DNA of 64,000 nt from the human T2T-CHM13v2.0 reference genome, Homo sapiens (GCF_009914755.1 NC_060925.1), one strand, 5' to 3'. Positions 28,675 to 40,699 are shown, counted from the stretch's first letter. Notes: a model not told the origin generated them from the letters alone. Translations and numbers: made by a program.

Positions 28675-31600
28675 TTTAAGGCTCTAGAAAGCTGGTAATT
28701 TTGTGTTCTGCCATTCAGGAGGGCCTTAATTAGACAAAGGTCTATACAATGGAGTCATTTAAATCATACCCTCCACCGAGGGCCAGAACTGGGCCCCTGA
28801 CCTTGAGACTTTGGTCCCCGTCAGCTGGAGGCACATCTGGAGAAGATCCACCCGCTGTGTCCTTGTTATAGGCCGGGAGGCCATTCCCCAAAAAGAGGAT
28901 GCCAGCCTGGCTTTCCCAAGAGGGCCTTTGTGGCCAAGTCTGAGGTTACCTTCTGTGGGTCGTGCAGGCCAATCCATATCGGCTGGCTTCTCTGATAGCC
29001 ACTTATGTACTCTGCTATGGTGCTGGCTTCCTTTAAACTCAGGATAGATGCCAGGTGGGCTCCGTTTCCGTAAGACTGACACTCGAGCTATGTACAAGGA
29101 GAGGTCCTGTTAATTATGCCTGCATGTTTAAAGCACAGCCCTCCCCTCAGAACGCTAGCGTGCCAAGAAGGAGGGACTCACGCAGCCCCCACTTCCTCCA
29201 CACATCGTGCTCTAAGCCCCACAGAAGGCTTCCTGCCACCCTGGGAAAAAACACAACTGCTGCAGCGTTCGGTCTCAGAGAAAGAGGCAGTACAAGGCCA
29301 GGGCAAGAGATTTAGGGTCTGAGGACGTGCCCGGGGTCCTGGTCTTGCCTCTCAGTGGTTTATGTGACCTTGACAAGTCACTTCACCTCTCTGAGGCTCA
29401 GTTTCTTCATCTGTAAAATAATTACTGCTACCTAGGACCTGTCATGAGGCCTATTGTATTATAGTACTGCATTTCAACAGATCTAAGAAACTGCTGATTG
29501 TAAAATGTGCCATTATTTTGTGTCCCACGAAGAAAGAAAATAAAATCACTGTCAATGAATCTATGATACACAGTGACACAGTGTGTTTGTAGCACACTCC
29601 TGATTTTAGAGGTGTCAGTATGTGAACACAATGTGCATCAGAGAACAGGCATTATGGCAGTGCTCTTTGCGGGACACCTCCAACACACTGGGCACCTCAC
29701 ATTCGGTCCTAACAGCAGCCTAAGTAGGTGGGGCCCACCTTTAGTTTATGGATGGGGAGAGAGAGGATCAGGAATGGGCAACTGGACACAGGAAGAGAGC
29801 CCAGCTCTCCCTAATTCCTAAGCCTATATTGTGTTTATTTTAATTATTATTACCCTATATTACATAAGAATAACACACTGTAAATTGTAAACAGTGGTCT
29901 GTAACTTATTTTGACTTGCTAGTGAATGGGCATGGATCAATTGCCTAAACATGTGAGGTGATCCTCCAGAGGAGAGGAGACTGCTCCCCGTGCTGGTGTA
30001 GAATTCCTGCTGATTGGAGGTGAATATGCCCACCCCTTTGTCTTTCCTCAACAGTAACCATGCCTCCAAATCTGGTTGGATTTTGGGGGTTTCCTGGGCA
30101 CTAGAGGCAGATATGTAACTATCTGCTTTGTTGCAACTTTTAAAACTTTCAGCTCTAATCCCAAATCTGTTTTACTTCTGTATGTCTGCATATCGATCCC
30201 CAATTTTTCCTTCTTCCTTTGCAAAAGTGCTGTCTTCTTTCATATCCAAGGCCATGCAATCTGAATTTTTCTTGTGGGCAAATAAATGGTAATCACTCAC
30301 TGTTTTAAGGATTGTATGAAACACATGACATGATAAATTCTTATTCTGTAACCAGAAACCTATTGTTCAATTAAACACGGCAAATGTTTATATATATGGG
30401 TGTATGTATATAAACTTTATTTTATTCTCTTCTGGGGTTGTGTTACATGACAAGAAATTGAATTAATTCAATAAAATTTTAGTTCGGGTTGCTTAGGTTT
30501 TTACTGCTCCCATTCTTGCTTTTACTAATTTATCCAAGATTAGATGTGATTACTATTTAATAATAATTTAGTCCTCACACTTACAAACCACTTACAATAC
30601 CAGCATGCTTCTATCACTGTAATTCTATTCAATTCTCAGGCCCATGAGGCATGCCAGCCAGACGACCAGACAGCATTTATTGAGTGCCCACTCTATACCA
30701 GCCACAGAAGATCCTGTGTCAGAAGGGGAAACAGGTTTGGAGGCTTGAAGTATGTACGTGATAGCCTCCCTCCCAGTCCACACAACTGGTACTGCTGGGG
30801 CTGTAACTAGAACTCAGGCCTCTGCCTCTCAAGCTCAAGGTCGGATGTCCATGTGCTTCTCACGTTGCCTCCATCAGCTTCCAGGGGTCTCAAGAGCCAG
30901 CCATGCAAGAAGAGCCAAGGGCGGTAGCAACACTGGCGAGGAATCAGGGAGCCGCACAGCTCTTGTTGGGTTTGAGGGGTCCTCTTTGGCTTCGCTGTCC
31001 TAGCACCCTCTCTGCACCTTGGTCCTGTTAACTTTGTTAAGGTTCAGTGTCAATCCTGTGGGCTGTTCTTTCTTGAGACCCTGAATTGGCATCTACCATG
31101 TGGCATAGGCTTTATGCGAGTCGTTTTAATGAATCCTCCTGACAAGTCCATGAGGTAAAAAGTATTATCCCACTTTCCAGTAGGGAAACAGGTAAAGGGA
31201 GGTACCTAGGGAGTGGCAGAGTAGTGATGTAAACTCAGGTCTCTATTACTCCTCGGTTCCCAGACATCTTCCTCTTTGTTCCCTCTGTTTTCATAGAGAA
31301 AGTCTATTCCTCTCCACGAGCTCATTTTCTTTCCTGGGACAGAGTCTGGGAAACCCTTTCTTCACTCTGTTTCTCTCCCCTTTTTATACAATTATTCAGG
31401 ACTCAGCTCAGACTTTGCTGGGGTTGCTGTGTCAGTTACTCTCAGTGTAAACTTGGGAAAGTCATTTATACTCATGCTGTATGGAAATGTTCTGTTTAAA
31501 TGTCGCAATCCTGCATTAATCCTGGGCTTTCTAAGGCGGGAGAATACCTTCATAGCCTCAGTAGCTGGCATGTGGTAGGTGCTTCGTTCTTGTTTTTTTG

Positions 31601-34600
31601 TTTGTTTGTTTTGTTTTCTGTTTTTCATTGTCTAGTTTTATACAGGGATTGTAAGACCGCATAGGCCCAGATCATGCCAAATGTACCTATATGGCTCCCC
31701 CAATTAATCACAATTCAGCAGCATCCACTCCCCATATGTGGCTGAGATAACTTACTTTGACTGTCTATTTGGTTATCTCTCAGACAAAGCTTCAACGAAA
31801 TAAAATGGACAGGTTTGTGGACTGTGTAGAGCAGCGGAAAAGTTTCCACATTTTCTTGGACTGCTTCACCTTCTGTCAGCGGCTCCAAGGTGTCTGCTCC
31901 AGGCATGTCTACACACCACTCTCTTTCTGGTAAATCTTGTACAGAAACTCCATTATCCTTTCTGTGAATTCCTCATCTTCTCTTCCTCCTTTGATTGATG
32001 TATTTCTGTCTCCTTTACTGACAGTGAGCTTGCTGAGGGTAGGGGCTCTTTCCTATGTATCCGTATGTGCTTGTAGCCCATCTAGGGTCTGGCATACAGC
32101 ACCTGCTTCAGCAATGCTTACAGAATTGAATGAGTTGAACACACAACCCTCTTCTCTCCATTTCACCAGCCAAAGGGGCTTCTCTTCATAGTGCCCAGGA
32201 AGGACACTTGATCCTGAATCAAATGAGATCTGGGGCTCTGGCTGGTCCTTTGCTCTAGAAAGGCCAGGCCAAGCAGGCAGCAAGTTTCTTACCTCGGCAT
32301 CAGACCAGTTCCTCAGCTTCCTGAAGTAACCATAGCAATTGGACTTGTGGTAAAACCATCCAGGAGCACAGCTGGGTCTCATGATGATATCTGCACATAA
32401 ACAAAAGGCAATTGCACATTATGATAGCAAAAACAATCAATTCCCAGACTTGATACAGTTTGCAATCAGGAACCCCTTGAATGAAGAGAGTCCCTTCATG
32501 AAGGGTCCTGCTACACTGCCAAAAATGTATACAGCTTACCCTTCTTCTGGCTTTTCCCAAAGGGACCTATGGCCTTTTACCAGTGTGACTGTGTTTCTGC
32601 GATTACTGGACACTGCCTCTGAACAGACATTAATTCCAAGAAAACGTCACTGCGGTCCACCAGTCAGAGTAGGGGTTATGGAAGTCAGGTGATCAATGGA
32701 GTTTTAGCTTGATCTGCCTCACAGTGGGTCCAGTGAGTCCAGTGGGTCCCCTGAACCCATGCTGTGGTTATCTCCCCAGTTCTGGAATGCATAATTGGAA
32801 TATACATACATACATAATTGGACTAGATAGACACTCATAATTGGAATAGATTCTCAGCAGCTGGCAGAATCTTGTATTAGCAGTGAAGGTCAAATAACTA
32901 TAATTTAAGGCATCACAAGAGTGGATGAGGGACACAAATTGGTAGTTTGGAGCATTCCAAGGAGGGAGGAGTCACTTTGGCTTGGGAGACAAGGGAAGGG
33001 TTACATGGCAACTTGACTGGAACTTGAGCATAGGTGGGCTATGTGTCAGTACTGGGGGAGGGAACATTTTAGGCAAAGGAGGCAGGAATGTGTGGGGAAG
33101 GATAGAAACAGCAAGCACTTAAGTCTGCCTTAAGTACAGGGTGTCTGTCAGGCAACCATGGCAGAAATAGGAAAGAGCCAGGGCCTAGAAGCAAAGGAAT
33201 CCATGATTCAGGGAGGCACATGCTTTTCCTGCTAGTCCATTGGTGAATGTGCCATGTCACTGAATCTGAAGGTTTATAAAGAGGGGGAGATGGCTGGATG
33301 TACAGAGGCATCAGGTGATCAAGGGGATGTCAAGCTAGCAAGTGTAGGCTTTGTGACTATGTGGCTACCTTCTGACACCATGGTGGGTGAAAAGTGTTTC
33401 CTTCCATAAGGGAGGTCCACAGACTGCAGCTGTCATAACAGCATTTTCTCTCTCCTCATTCAAATGATACTACTGTCGCTTGTTTGCCCCACTCTTCTGT
33501 TTTATTTCAGCCCCTGCCTATGCATCTCCCAGGGCTCCCCATTGCTTTCAGATGAGCTCTCTGCTCGTCTAGCATGTAAGAGATTTTATAACCTGGTTGT
33601 ATGCCCCTATCCAGCCACATCCTTCTATGCCATAGTCCCAGCTCCGTCTTGGAACACGAATGCTCAGTGTAGCTTTAGATCCTTTGTATGTGCTATTCCT
33701 TGTACCTATGAATAATGAATAATGACCAACCTAACTATGGCAAGGCAGGAAATGTTTCAGTGAGTATGTCAAATATACTACAAACAAACAGCAAAGATAT
33801 TCATGTATTTAAATGCTTCATCTTCTACTACATTCATAAATATGAACATAATTTTATGATAAATAAAACACAGCCTTTATGCCATTGCCGTTACTACTAG
33901 TACCACTGTCACTAGCTTTTGTAAATAAGGTGCTTGACTTTCTATCATCTCTCTGTTCTCTACCTGTCTTTGCACTCTGTCTACATCTCGGTCTCTTTTG
34001 TCTCTGTGTTTCTGTGTGTCCCTCCTTGTCTGTGACTGTTTTCTGCTCTCATTCTTTTTTCTCCCCCTCCTCCTTCCTCACTTTTCTATCTCTCTCCCCT
34101 CCCCTTTCTGCCCCTCACCCTGCAAGGTGCTTTCTTGATGCCAGGCACCATGTTAGGTGTTTTATCCATATGGCATTTTTATCATAATTGCTTGAGGAGG
34201 TGAGGAAACAGGCTCAGGATGGTCATCTGCCCATGGTCACACAGTAAGATGGAAAAGCTGCTTTGCAGATCCAGTTCTCTATGATTTAAAAATCTATGTT
34301 ACTGCCACCAACCCTCCCAACCTTTATAAAAACGAGAAATTCAAAACTTAGCAACAGAAATAATTAATTGGGCTGCCTTGATTATTTTCTCAGGAGGAAA
34401 AGAAATCCTTGCACTTTACGTAAAAATTGATCTTCTTAAGAGAAGGCTGGCCATTGATTACCAGAGGGCAGATAATGACATGGGCTTAAATTTCAGAAAG
34501 GGACAGCTGCGAAAACATGCCTTCCAATGTAATACCAGTGAGACTGTTCTGAAAGAGGTGGCAAAGAGGAACCCAAATTTCTGACCTTTGGCCCGAGGAC

Positions 34601-37600
34601 AAAGACCCCTGGCATCACACCTGGTGCTCCTGGTTTGGTCTTGTGCACTCTGAAGCAACTGTCCTTGGCCTTCCGTGAGCAAACATGTTAGGACAGACCC
34701 TCTACCACCACGGTCTTTGTTTCCCCTGGATCCAAGCCATGAAAGCAGAGGGCCGAGGGACACACGCAGAGGACTTGGAAGACCACGCCGGAGCCCAGAC
34801 AATCATGACTCTCTCTCTTCTCTTTCTCCCCTTTCTCTGTCTCTCTTTGTGTTTCTCTGAGTGCTGCTCTCTGTCTTACCATCTCTCTGTTTGTGCATCT
34901 CTGTCTTTGACTTTCTATGTATCTCTCCGTTCTCTCCCTGTCTTTGTACTCTCTCTTTTCTCTCTGTGCCTATGTGTGTTCCTCCTTGCCTATGACTGTC
35001 TGTTCCCTGACTCTCATTCTTTTTCTCCCCCTCCTCCTTCCTCACTTCATCTCTCTCCCCTCCCCTCTGCCCCACACTCTGCAAGTTGCGGCTGTGGCCG
35101 TGAGCTCCTTGGTGGAGACATTTTAGCTCCTAGATATGCAACCAACGGCCGCTCTGCTGCGCTATGGCTCTGCCTTGCACTACCCCACTCCCATCGCCCA
35201 GGCTGGAGGGCAGCGGCGCCATCTCGGCTCACTGCAGCCTCGACTTCCCGGGCTCAGGTGATCCTCCCACCTCAGCCTCCTGAGTAGCTGGGACTACAGG
35301 CGAGCACCACTGTACCAGGCTAGTTTTTTGTACTTTTTTTTTAGTAGAGACAGACAGAGTTTCGCCACATTGCCCAGGCTGATCTGGAACTTCTGGGCTC
35401 AAGTGATCTACCCGCCTTGGTGTCTCAAAGTTCTGGGATTACAGGCCTGAGCCACCGCACCCGGCTTTACTCCACACATTTATTGAGCATTTACTATGTA
35501 CCCGATGCAGGTCCAGGCCGTTTACATATATTCTAATCATCTTCATAATAACCCTGTCATTATTCCTACGTTCCAGATGAAGAAACAAAGGCAGAAAGAA
35601 GACATCGTGTCCCAGGATCCTACAGCAAATAAATGATAAAGGTAAGATTTGACCCCAGACAGACAGTCTGACTCCAAGTCTTAGTCATCTTAGTAATGAT
35701 GCTCAAGTTATTGCTTTAAATCCTACATGGGTCAAGCACATTCGTTGAGATTATTTTGTTTAATTACCAGAGCCTCCCTGAGAGATAGGTGTGGATAACC
35801 ATTTCCATTGTACAGAGAAGAGAACCTCCTCACAGGGGCGAGTAACCTGCTGAGGTTACCCAGATGGGGAGTGTGGTGGAAACTGGGAGAGAAGCCAATG
35901 TTTCCATGGTGGCCTTAGAACCTTGACCCCACCTCACATGGTGCTAGAGCTCGTCATCTCTACACATGCAGTATCAAGAGGTTTCAGCTTCTAGCATCTT
36001 GCCTGGACTACTCCAATACTCGTTCTACTCCCTCACTTATTACATGTATGACCTTAGGAACATGATTTAATCTCTTTCAGCTTTACTTTTCTTGTCTGTA
36101 CAGTGGGATCAACAATATATGCCTTCTTCACACAGTTGTTGGGAAGATTAATTAAGATAATTCACGTACAGTGATTAGCACAGAGCCTAGTGTATAGGAA
36201 TTGTTCGACAAATAGTAGCTAGTTAAAACCTGAAGCTATTAAAACCCATCATCATTATTATGTAATAGTTTTGAAAAGATAAGCCAGATGAAGTTTTTTA
36301 GTGTCCATAAATGATGTTGCTCTATGTCTCTCCACTCACTGAATCAATGCCATGAATTGCTTCAGGTGAAGGGCAGGTATCAGGACAAAGAACTCACTGT
36401 GGAAGCAATAAGAGTTTAATATTCACTACAAGGTCTCATTGAGAGAGAAAATTAATTTCTAAGTCCCCTCTATTTCTCTTAAGTACAGCAGTGCAAAGAA
36501 CATTTAGGATATGTCATAAGGGAGGTTCCCCCAAGATAGTAAGAATAAGTAGAATGTCCTTCTGCAGCTGGAAGGAAGATCTATCTGGAAGAGAGAAATT
36601 GAAGGACCTGTAGTGAATCTTGTGTCTGCATCTCCTCCTCAGGAGAGAAGCCAGAGAGTTTAGTGAGATCCCAGGGATAGGAAGATGGTTGTATCACATT
36701 CCCCAGGATATAGCTTGGGCAAATTTCAAGTTTCACTAAGTAGGTCTGAAGTCAGCACAGAACAAGAGTGGCAGGGAACCACCTGGCCACATAGAAATGG
36801 CCACAGAAGGCAGCTCTGCAGGAGGGGCTCAAGAGCAGCCCCCCAGAGCCTTGCACTCTCTTGCATGGTTTCCTTTGCATGGCTGAGTTCCACAGGTCCT
36901 GAGCAGCCTGAGATAGTTCAGTGAACTGGTGTAGGGTTGAAGACAAAGAGCCATGAAAGACATATTAGGGATAACTATGACCAGGACCGCAGACTGCAGC
37001 CATAGGGGCCAAAATGATGCCCAAAGAACCTTGCTTCTCTTAGTATGTCCTTCCAAACCGTCCTACCCTTGGCCAAGGGCATTCCCCAGCAGTAGCAGTA
37101 CTAAGTAACAGATAGCACTGGTCCCCTCTGGAAGCCCTCTTCTCAACAGAGGCAATGCTCAAGTATGGATTCTTCACTCACTCTTACATGTCCAACACCC
37201 AGCAAAGCCACATGGGACTGTGAAAGGCACTAGAAGCCCAAGCATCACTTAATCTTACTGTGTGACATTGGGCAAATCTCTACCCTTTTCTGGAATTCAT
37301 TTTCCTTGTAAATAGAACAAAGACATTACACCAGATGAGATCACATTTCATTTCCTTCCATTTCTGGTATTCTGTGACATTTCTTCTTAGCTCACTCGTA
37401 CACTGTTCCTCCCCTGCTTTCTCTATTGGTGGATTCTACAATATTGCTACCCACTTTGTTGCCATGTTACTTTGCACTTGATGTGTGATCTATAAATGTA
37501 TAAGCGCCATCTCTCTAACTAGATTGTAGGTACCTTGCAAACTGGAATCCCTAATAATGCTCAAAATGATAAACCAGTGCATAAGCATTGGGGAATTCTA

Positions 37601-37994
37601 ATTATGGCTATGACTTATTGACAATCTGCTAGGCAACAGGTGTTTCAAACACATTATCTCTGCCCTTCACAATAAACTTGCCAAATTAATATTATAACTT
37701 ACCCTTAACTGATGATTTAAGTATGGGTTATAATCATATGGAATTGAGTTTTGTTGGATTCTAGAGCCCTTGAATTTTTTAGTACCTATCTTTGTTTTTC
37801 ATCTCCATGTTTAAAAACCTATTTCCTGCAGTTCCTAAATGTTTTTGTGGGCAAATGGATGACTGTCTCACATGGGCTGTGTGAACACTGGCTGTGGCTC
37901 AGTTCCAGCTACGTGATGGATACTCACCACCCAGGACTCCTGTTTTGGCCAGGCAGCTCAGCAATAGGAGCAGCCGCATGCTTCTGGAAGCCAT
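23851..37994 (-). CDS. REG4: REG4 spliced CDS: join(37994-37928, 32390-32293, 29087-28950, 27835-27730, 23918-23851); 158-aa secreted C-type lectin
   Basis: Exon lengths 67+98+138+106+68 = 477 nt with all GT-AG introns. Translation [45 protein letters not shown]...WIGLHDPQK...[13 protein letters not shown] shows a signal peptide, a long-form CTLD with six Cys and the WIGL motif, and matches human REG4 as I recall it. Confidence 0.98.
24015..24411 (+). mobile_element. MLT2 (ERVL) solo LTR in the last REG4 intron
   Basis: tatgatggttgactttatgtgtcaactt start and ttctgtttccctggagaaccgtaataca end. Confidence 0.85.
26937..27153 (+). mobile_element. MER20 (hAT-Charlie)
   Basis: ggttctcaccagggggtgaatttgcccccc...ctggagatatttttgattgtcac. 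Confidence 0.8.
27730..27835 (-). CDS. REG4: REG4 coding exon 4 (RQQWQWIDG...CAEMSSNN)
   Basis: Acceptor ttgcag, donor GTAAGT; 106 nt. Confidence 0.97.
28643..28672. repeat. (CA)n microsatellite
   Basis: About 15 CA units. Confidence 0.95.
28950..29087 (-). CDS. REG4: REG4 coding exon 3 (LECQSYG...WIGLHDPQK)
   Basis: Acceptor catag, donor GTAACC; 138 nt; contains the CTLD WIGL motif. Confidence 0.97.
29340..29657. mobile_element. MIR followed by a MER104-like Tc2 DNA element
   Basis: MIR core tgtgaccttgacaagtcacttcacctctctgag...ctcagtttcttcatctgtaaaa, then gattgtaaaatgtgccattatttt. Confidence 0.55.
30416..30426 (-). terminator. Intronic tandem polyadenylation signal (AATAAAATAAA)
   Basis: tttattttatt on the + strand gives two overlapping AATAAA hexamers on the REG4 strand. 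Confidence 0.5.
32053..32292 (-). CDS. REG4: In-frame intron read-through C-terminus of an alternative REG4 isoform (134 aa in total)
   Basis: ORF 32053..32382 continues past the donor for 79 codons ([10 protein letters not shown]...AHTDT*); tandem AATAAA signals lie in the same intron at 30426-30416. Confidence 0.6.
   Translation of the reverse strand, partial: VRNLLPAWPGLSRAKDQPEPQISFDSGSSVLPGHYEEKPLWLVKWREEGCVFNSFNSVSIAEAGAVCQTLDGLQAHTDT
32293..32390 (-). CDS. REG4: REG4 coding exon 2 (DIIMRPSC...NWSDAE)
   Basis: Acceptor tgcag at 32391, donor GTAAGA at 32292; 98 nt; in frame with ORF 32053..32382. Confidence 0.97.
32434..32871 (+). mobile_element. ERV-L internal fragment (gag end/protease)
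   Basis: Translates to NQFPDL..., [24 protein letters not shown] (aspartyl-protease DTG-like motif), HCGPPVRVG, and a later tgcataattggaata (CIIG) block, matching HERV-L gag-pro as I recall it. Confidence 0.75.
35194..35466 (-). mobile_element. AluJ-like element, tail missing, CpG-retaining
   Basis: gcagcctcgacttcccgggctcaggtgatcctcccacc is AluJ-type. Confidence 0.85.
36010..36220 (+). mobile_element. MIR SINE
   Basis: tgtatgaccttagg...ctgtacagtgggat...gttgggaagattaattaagataa. Confidence 0.65.
37928..37994 (-). CDS. REG4: REG4 first coding exon, coding part (signal peptide); whole exon 38088-37928
   Basis: ATG at 37994 in gaagATGg context; encodes [22 protein letters not shown]; donor GTGAGT at 37927; acceptor AG at 38090-38089. 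Confidence 0.97.
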
Positions 37995-38253
37995 CTTCCT
38001 CCTACCCTGAGGATGTAGCTAGTGCAAGGATCTCAGAGACCTTACTAGCGCTTCTTTGAAACTCCTGGGTTCTCCTTGATCTGCAAATCTGAACACATTT
38101 GCACAGGTGAGAAGGACCCAGGAATCTAGATGCCAACTAATACATATGGAGGAAAATAATACAATATTTTCCTGGCTAAATCCAGACTTTATAATGAAGG
38201 GAATCTCAAGTTAGATGTACAGGTTAGAAAATTTTAAGAGATTTTGTTCTTAC

Positions 38254-38427
38254 CTGCAAGACCTCCTGGGCCAGTGCCAGAGATCTAACTATAGCAGGCT
38301 GAACAGTTTCATAGTCTGCATGGAGGCAATTTGTAAACCACCGAGCACTCGCCCCTGTTAGCTTCAGGAGGGCCAGCAGAGGGCGCCCAAGGCAAGCTTC
38401 CTCACAGGTAAGACGGATATGGGCATT
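38254..38427 (-). other. REG4: Putative alternative (cassette) 5'UTR exon of REG4 containing two uORFs
   Basis: Acceptor ttttcttgacaacAG at 38429-38428 and donor CAG|GTAAGA at 38254/38253; 174 nt; lies 165 nt upstream of the first coding exon. Confidence 0.65.
38371..38388 (+). promoter_or_regulatory. CTCF binding motif
   Basis: GGCCAGCAGAGGGCGCCC closely matches the CTCF core consensus (CCASYAGRKGGCRS). Confidence 0.8.
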
Positions 38428-39979
38428 CTGTTGTCAAGAAAATCCAATAGAATGGCTCCGACATTGAATTTTTAAATGTTAAAATTAAACGTGAGCACAG
38501 TGTCCAATACCCACATTTTACAGATGAGAAAACCTGAGGTCAGTAAGTATGAAGTCATTTGTTCATGGACACCAGCTACAAGCAGATCTGACTCCATCAG
38601 CACTCTTTCCTTTACACTTAGTTGACATCATTTTTAAAAATAAAGAACATGGCTTTATCTTTTCCCCATTAGCAAACAACACATGAGCTATTAGAAAATC
38701 AATGCAAAACTAGAAAATAAGAAGTAAATCCCATCTCCAGGAGATAATTTGGTGAGTAGCCTACAGATATCTTTCTATGCACCTCTCTCTGTGTACAATT
38801 TTATAAAAATAAGATCATATAGTCCTATAGCCTGGTTTTGTTTCTCAGAAACAGATTAATTGTAATACATTGTCTTGCACTCACATAACTTTCATGCATT
38901 TTTTATTTTTTCTTTAGTATAAATTCTCATATATAGGGTTGTGGCATCACACAACATGCACATTGTCATTTTAATACCCTTTGTTAAAATGTATGGGCTG
39001 TGATATTTACCTCATTAATAGGGCACTAAAAGGATTGGTTCCCTAAGCTCCCAGTGAATGCTTAATTTTGTCAAGTTTTTGGCTAATTTTGGTATATTAA
39101 AGAAGAACCTTAGTGTTTTAAAATATTTTATAATTACTAATGAAGTTGAACATCTTTTTATATAATGATTTGCTTTTAGTATTTGGTGAATTTTCATTTT
39201 ACAGTTTTGCACATTTTTCTATTTCATTGTTTGTGAGATCTTTTTTGTATGTTTATTTGTGAGATCTTTTTTGTATGTTTATTGCCTTTCACGTGTTACT
39301 AATAGTATTTCTCAGTTTGTATTTTTCTCTTACTTATTATAATTTTTGCCATTCTGAAATTTTCAAAAATATTGTTATTTTTTATGTTTTTAAAAATAAT
39401 TTTTAAATTTATATCAAAAGACTGGCCATTACTGTCACATAAGGTTAAAATATTTATCACTGTTCTATTTTCATCTGTCTGGGCTTTGTTTTAACATAAG
39501 TATGAAACTGAGTTCTGGATTTCCCTCCCAAATAATTCTTAAAATGAGTTAATTCATTGAATTCACATTTAATCATACTTTATGATTAAAAAATCTGAAT
39601 ATACAATCTAACTCTCAAATAATGGATTGCTTAAAGAGAATAATGTAAATGATGACTTTTCTGGAAAATCAATTCTGGGGTCCATCTGAACACTTTAAGG
39701 CAACATTAACTGAGAATGAGACAAAGCTTGGAGAGTGTGGATGTGACCTTCCCCACCCCTTACTTCTTTTTAAATCATTGCGTGAACCTTACACTTTGCT
39801 AAACTTTCCTTCCAAAAGTAATAGTGTATTTTCAATGTCCTCAAACCCCTTTAAAACGCAAACAGAATTTCTCTGTCAAGGTGACCATCTGGGGGAAGGG
39901 AGAGGCAGCATCTTTTTTACTAATCTGTGAATAATTTTTAGTGAACTGATATTCATTGAATGTCTACATGTCATGTTCA

Positions 39980-40334
<355 letters not shown>

Positions 40335-40633
40335 TCATGAATGCATGTTACAAATGAAGACACTGACACTTATGATTGAGTAACTTTTCTAAAGTTTCCC
40401 AGCTACCAGACTGCAGAGCCAAGATTTAACCCAACAGCTTGACACCAAAGCCAATGCTCTTTGCAGTGAAGGAAGAAAAGAAGGTAAATAATTTAAATCA
40501 AACAACACAGCAACAGAAAGCCTGACAAGCCTCACTAGAAATACAATTTGTCATTTCTGGCCTGGCTAATAGCTGACAGAGGAAAACAGATGTTTAAAGA
40601 AAGTCCCCCATCATCAACCGCGAGGAGGATTAC

Positions 40634-40690
40634 CTGTTTGGCAACCAAGACTCTAAGGGCCCCTGCCTTCTTCAGTGTCTCCAGTGGTCC
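40634..40690 (-). other. REG4: REG4 non-coding exon 1 (TSS approximate)
   Basis: Donor CAG|GTAATC at 40634/40633; TATAAAA lies ~25-30 nt upstream of the inferred start; matches the recalled REG4 mRNA leader. Confidence 0.85.
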
Positions 40691-40699
40691 CAGTCAACG

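Noticed and set aside
31715-31906. 63-aa ORF downstream of the read-through isoform stop
   Set aside because: Short, no homology I recognise, and it would lie in a 3'UTR or intron.
34685-35287. 200-aa plus-strand ORF
   Set aside because: It runs through a CT-rich low-complexity tract into an Alu and has no coding features.
39230-39281. 26-bp perfect tandem duplication (similar ones at 5222-5256 and 6385-6467)
   Set aside because: Ordinary slippage duplications within old L1 or Alu-tail DNA; two units only, so not an array.
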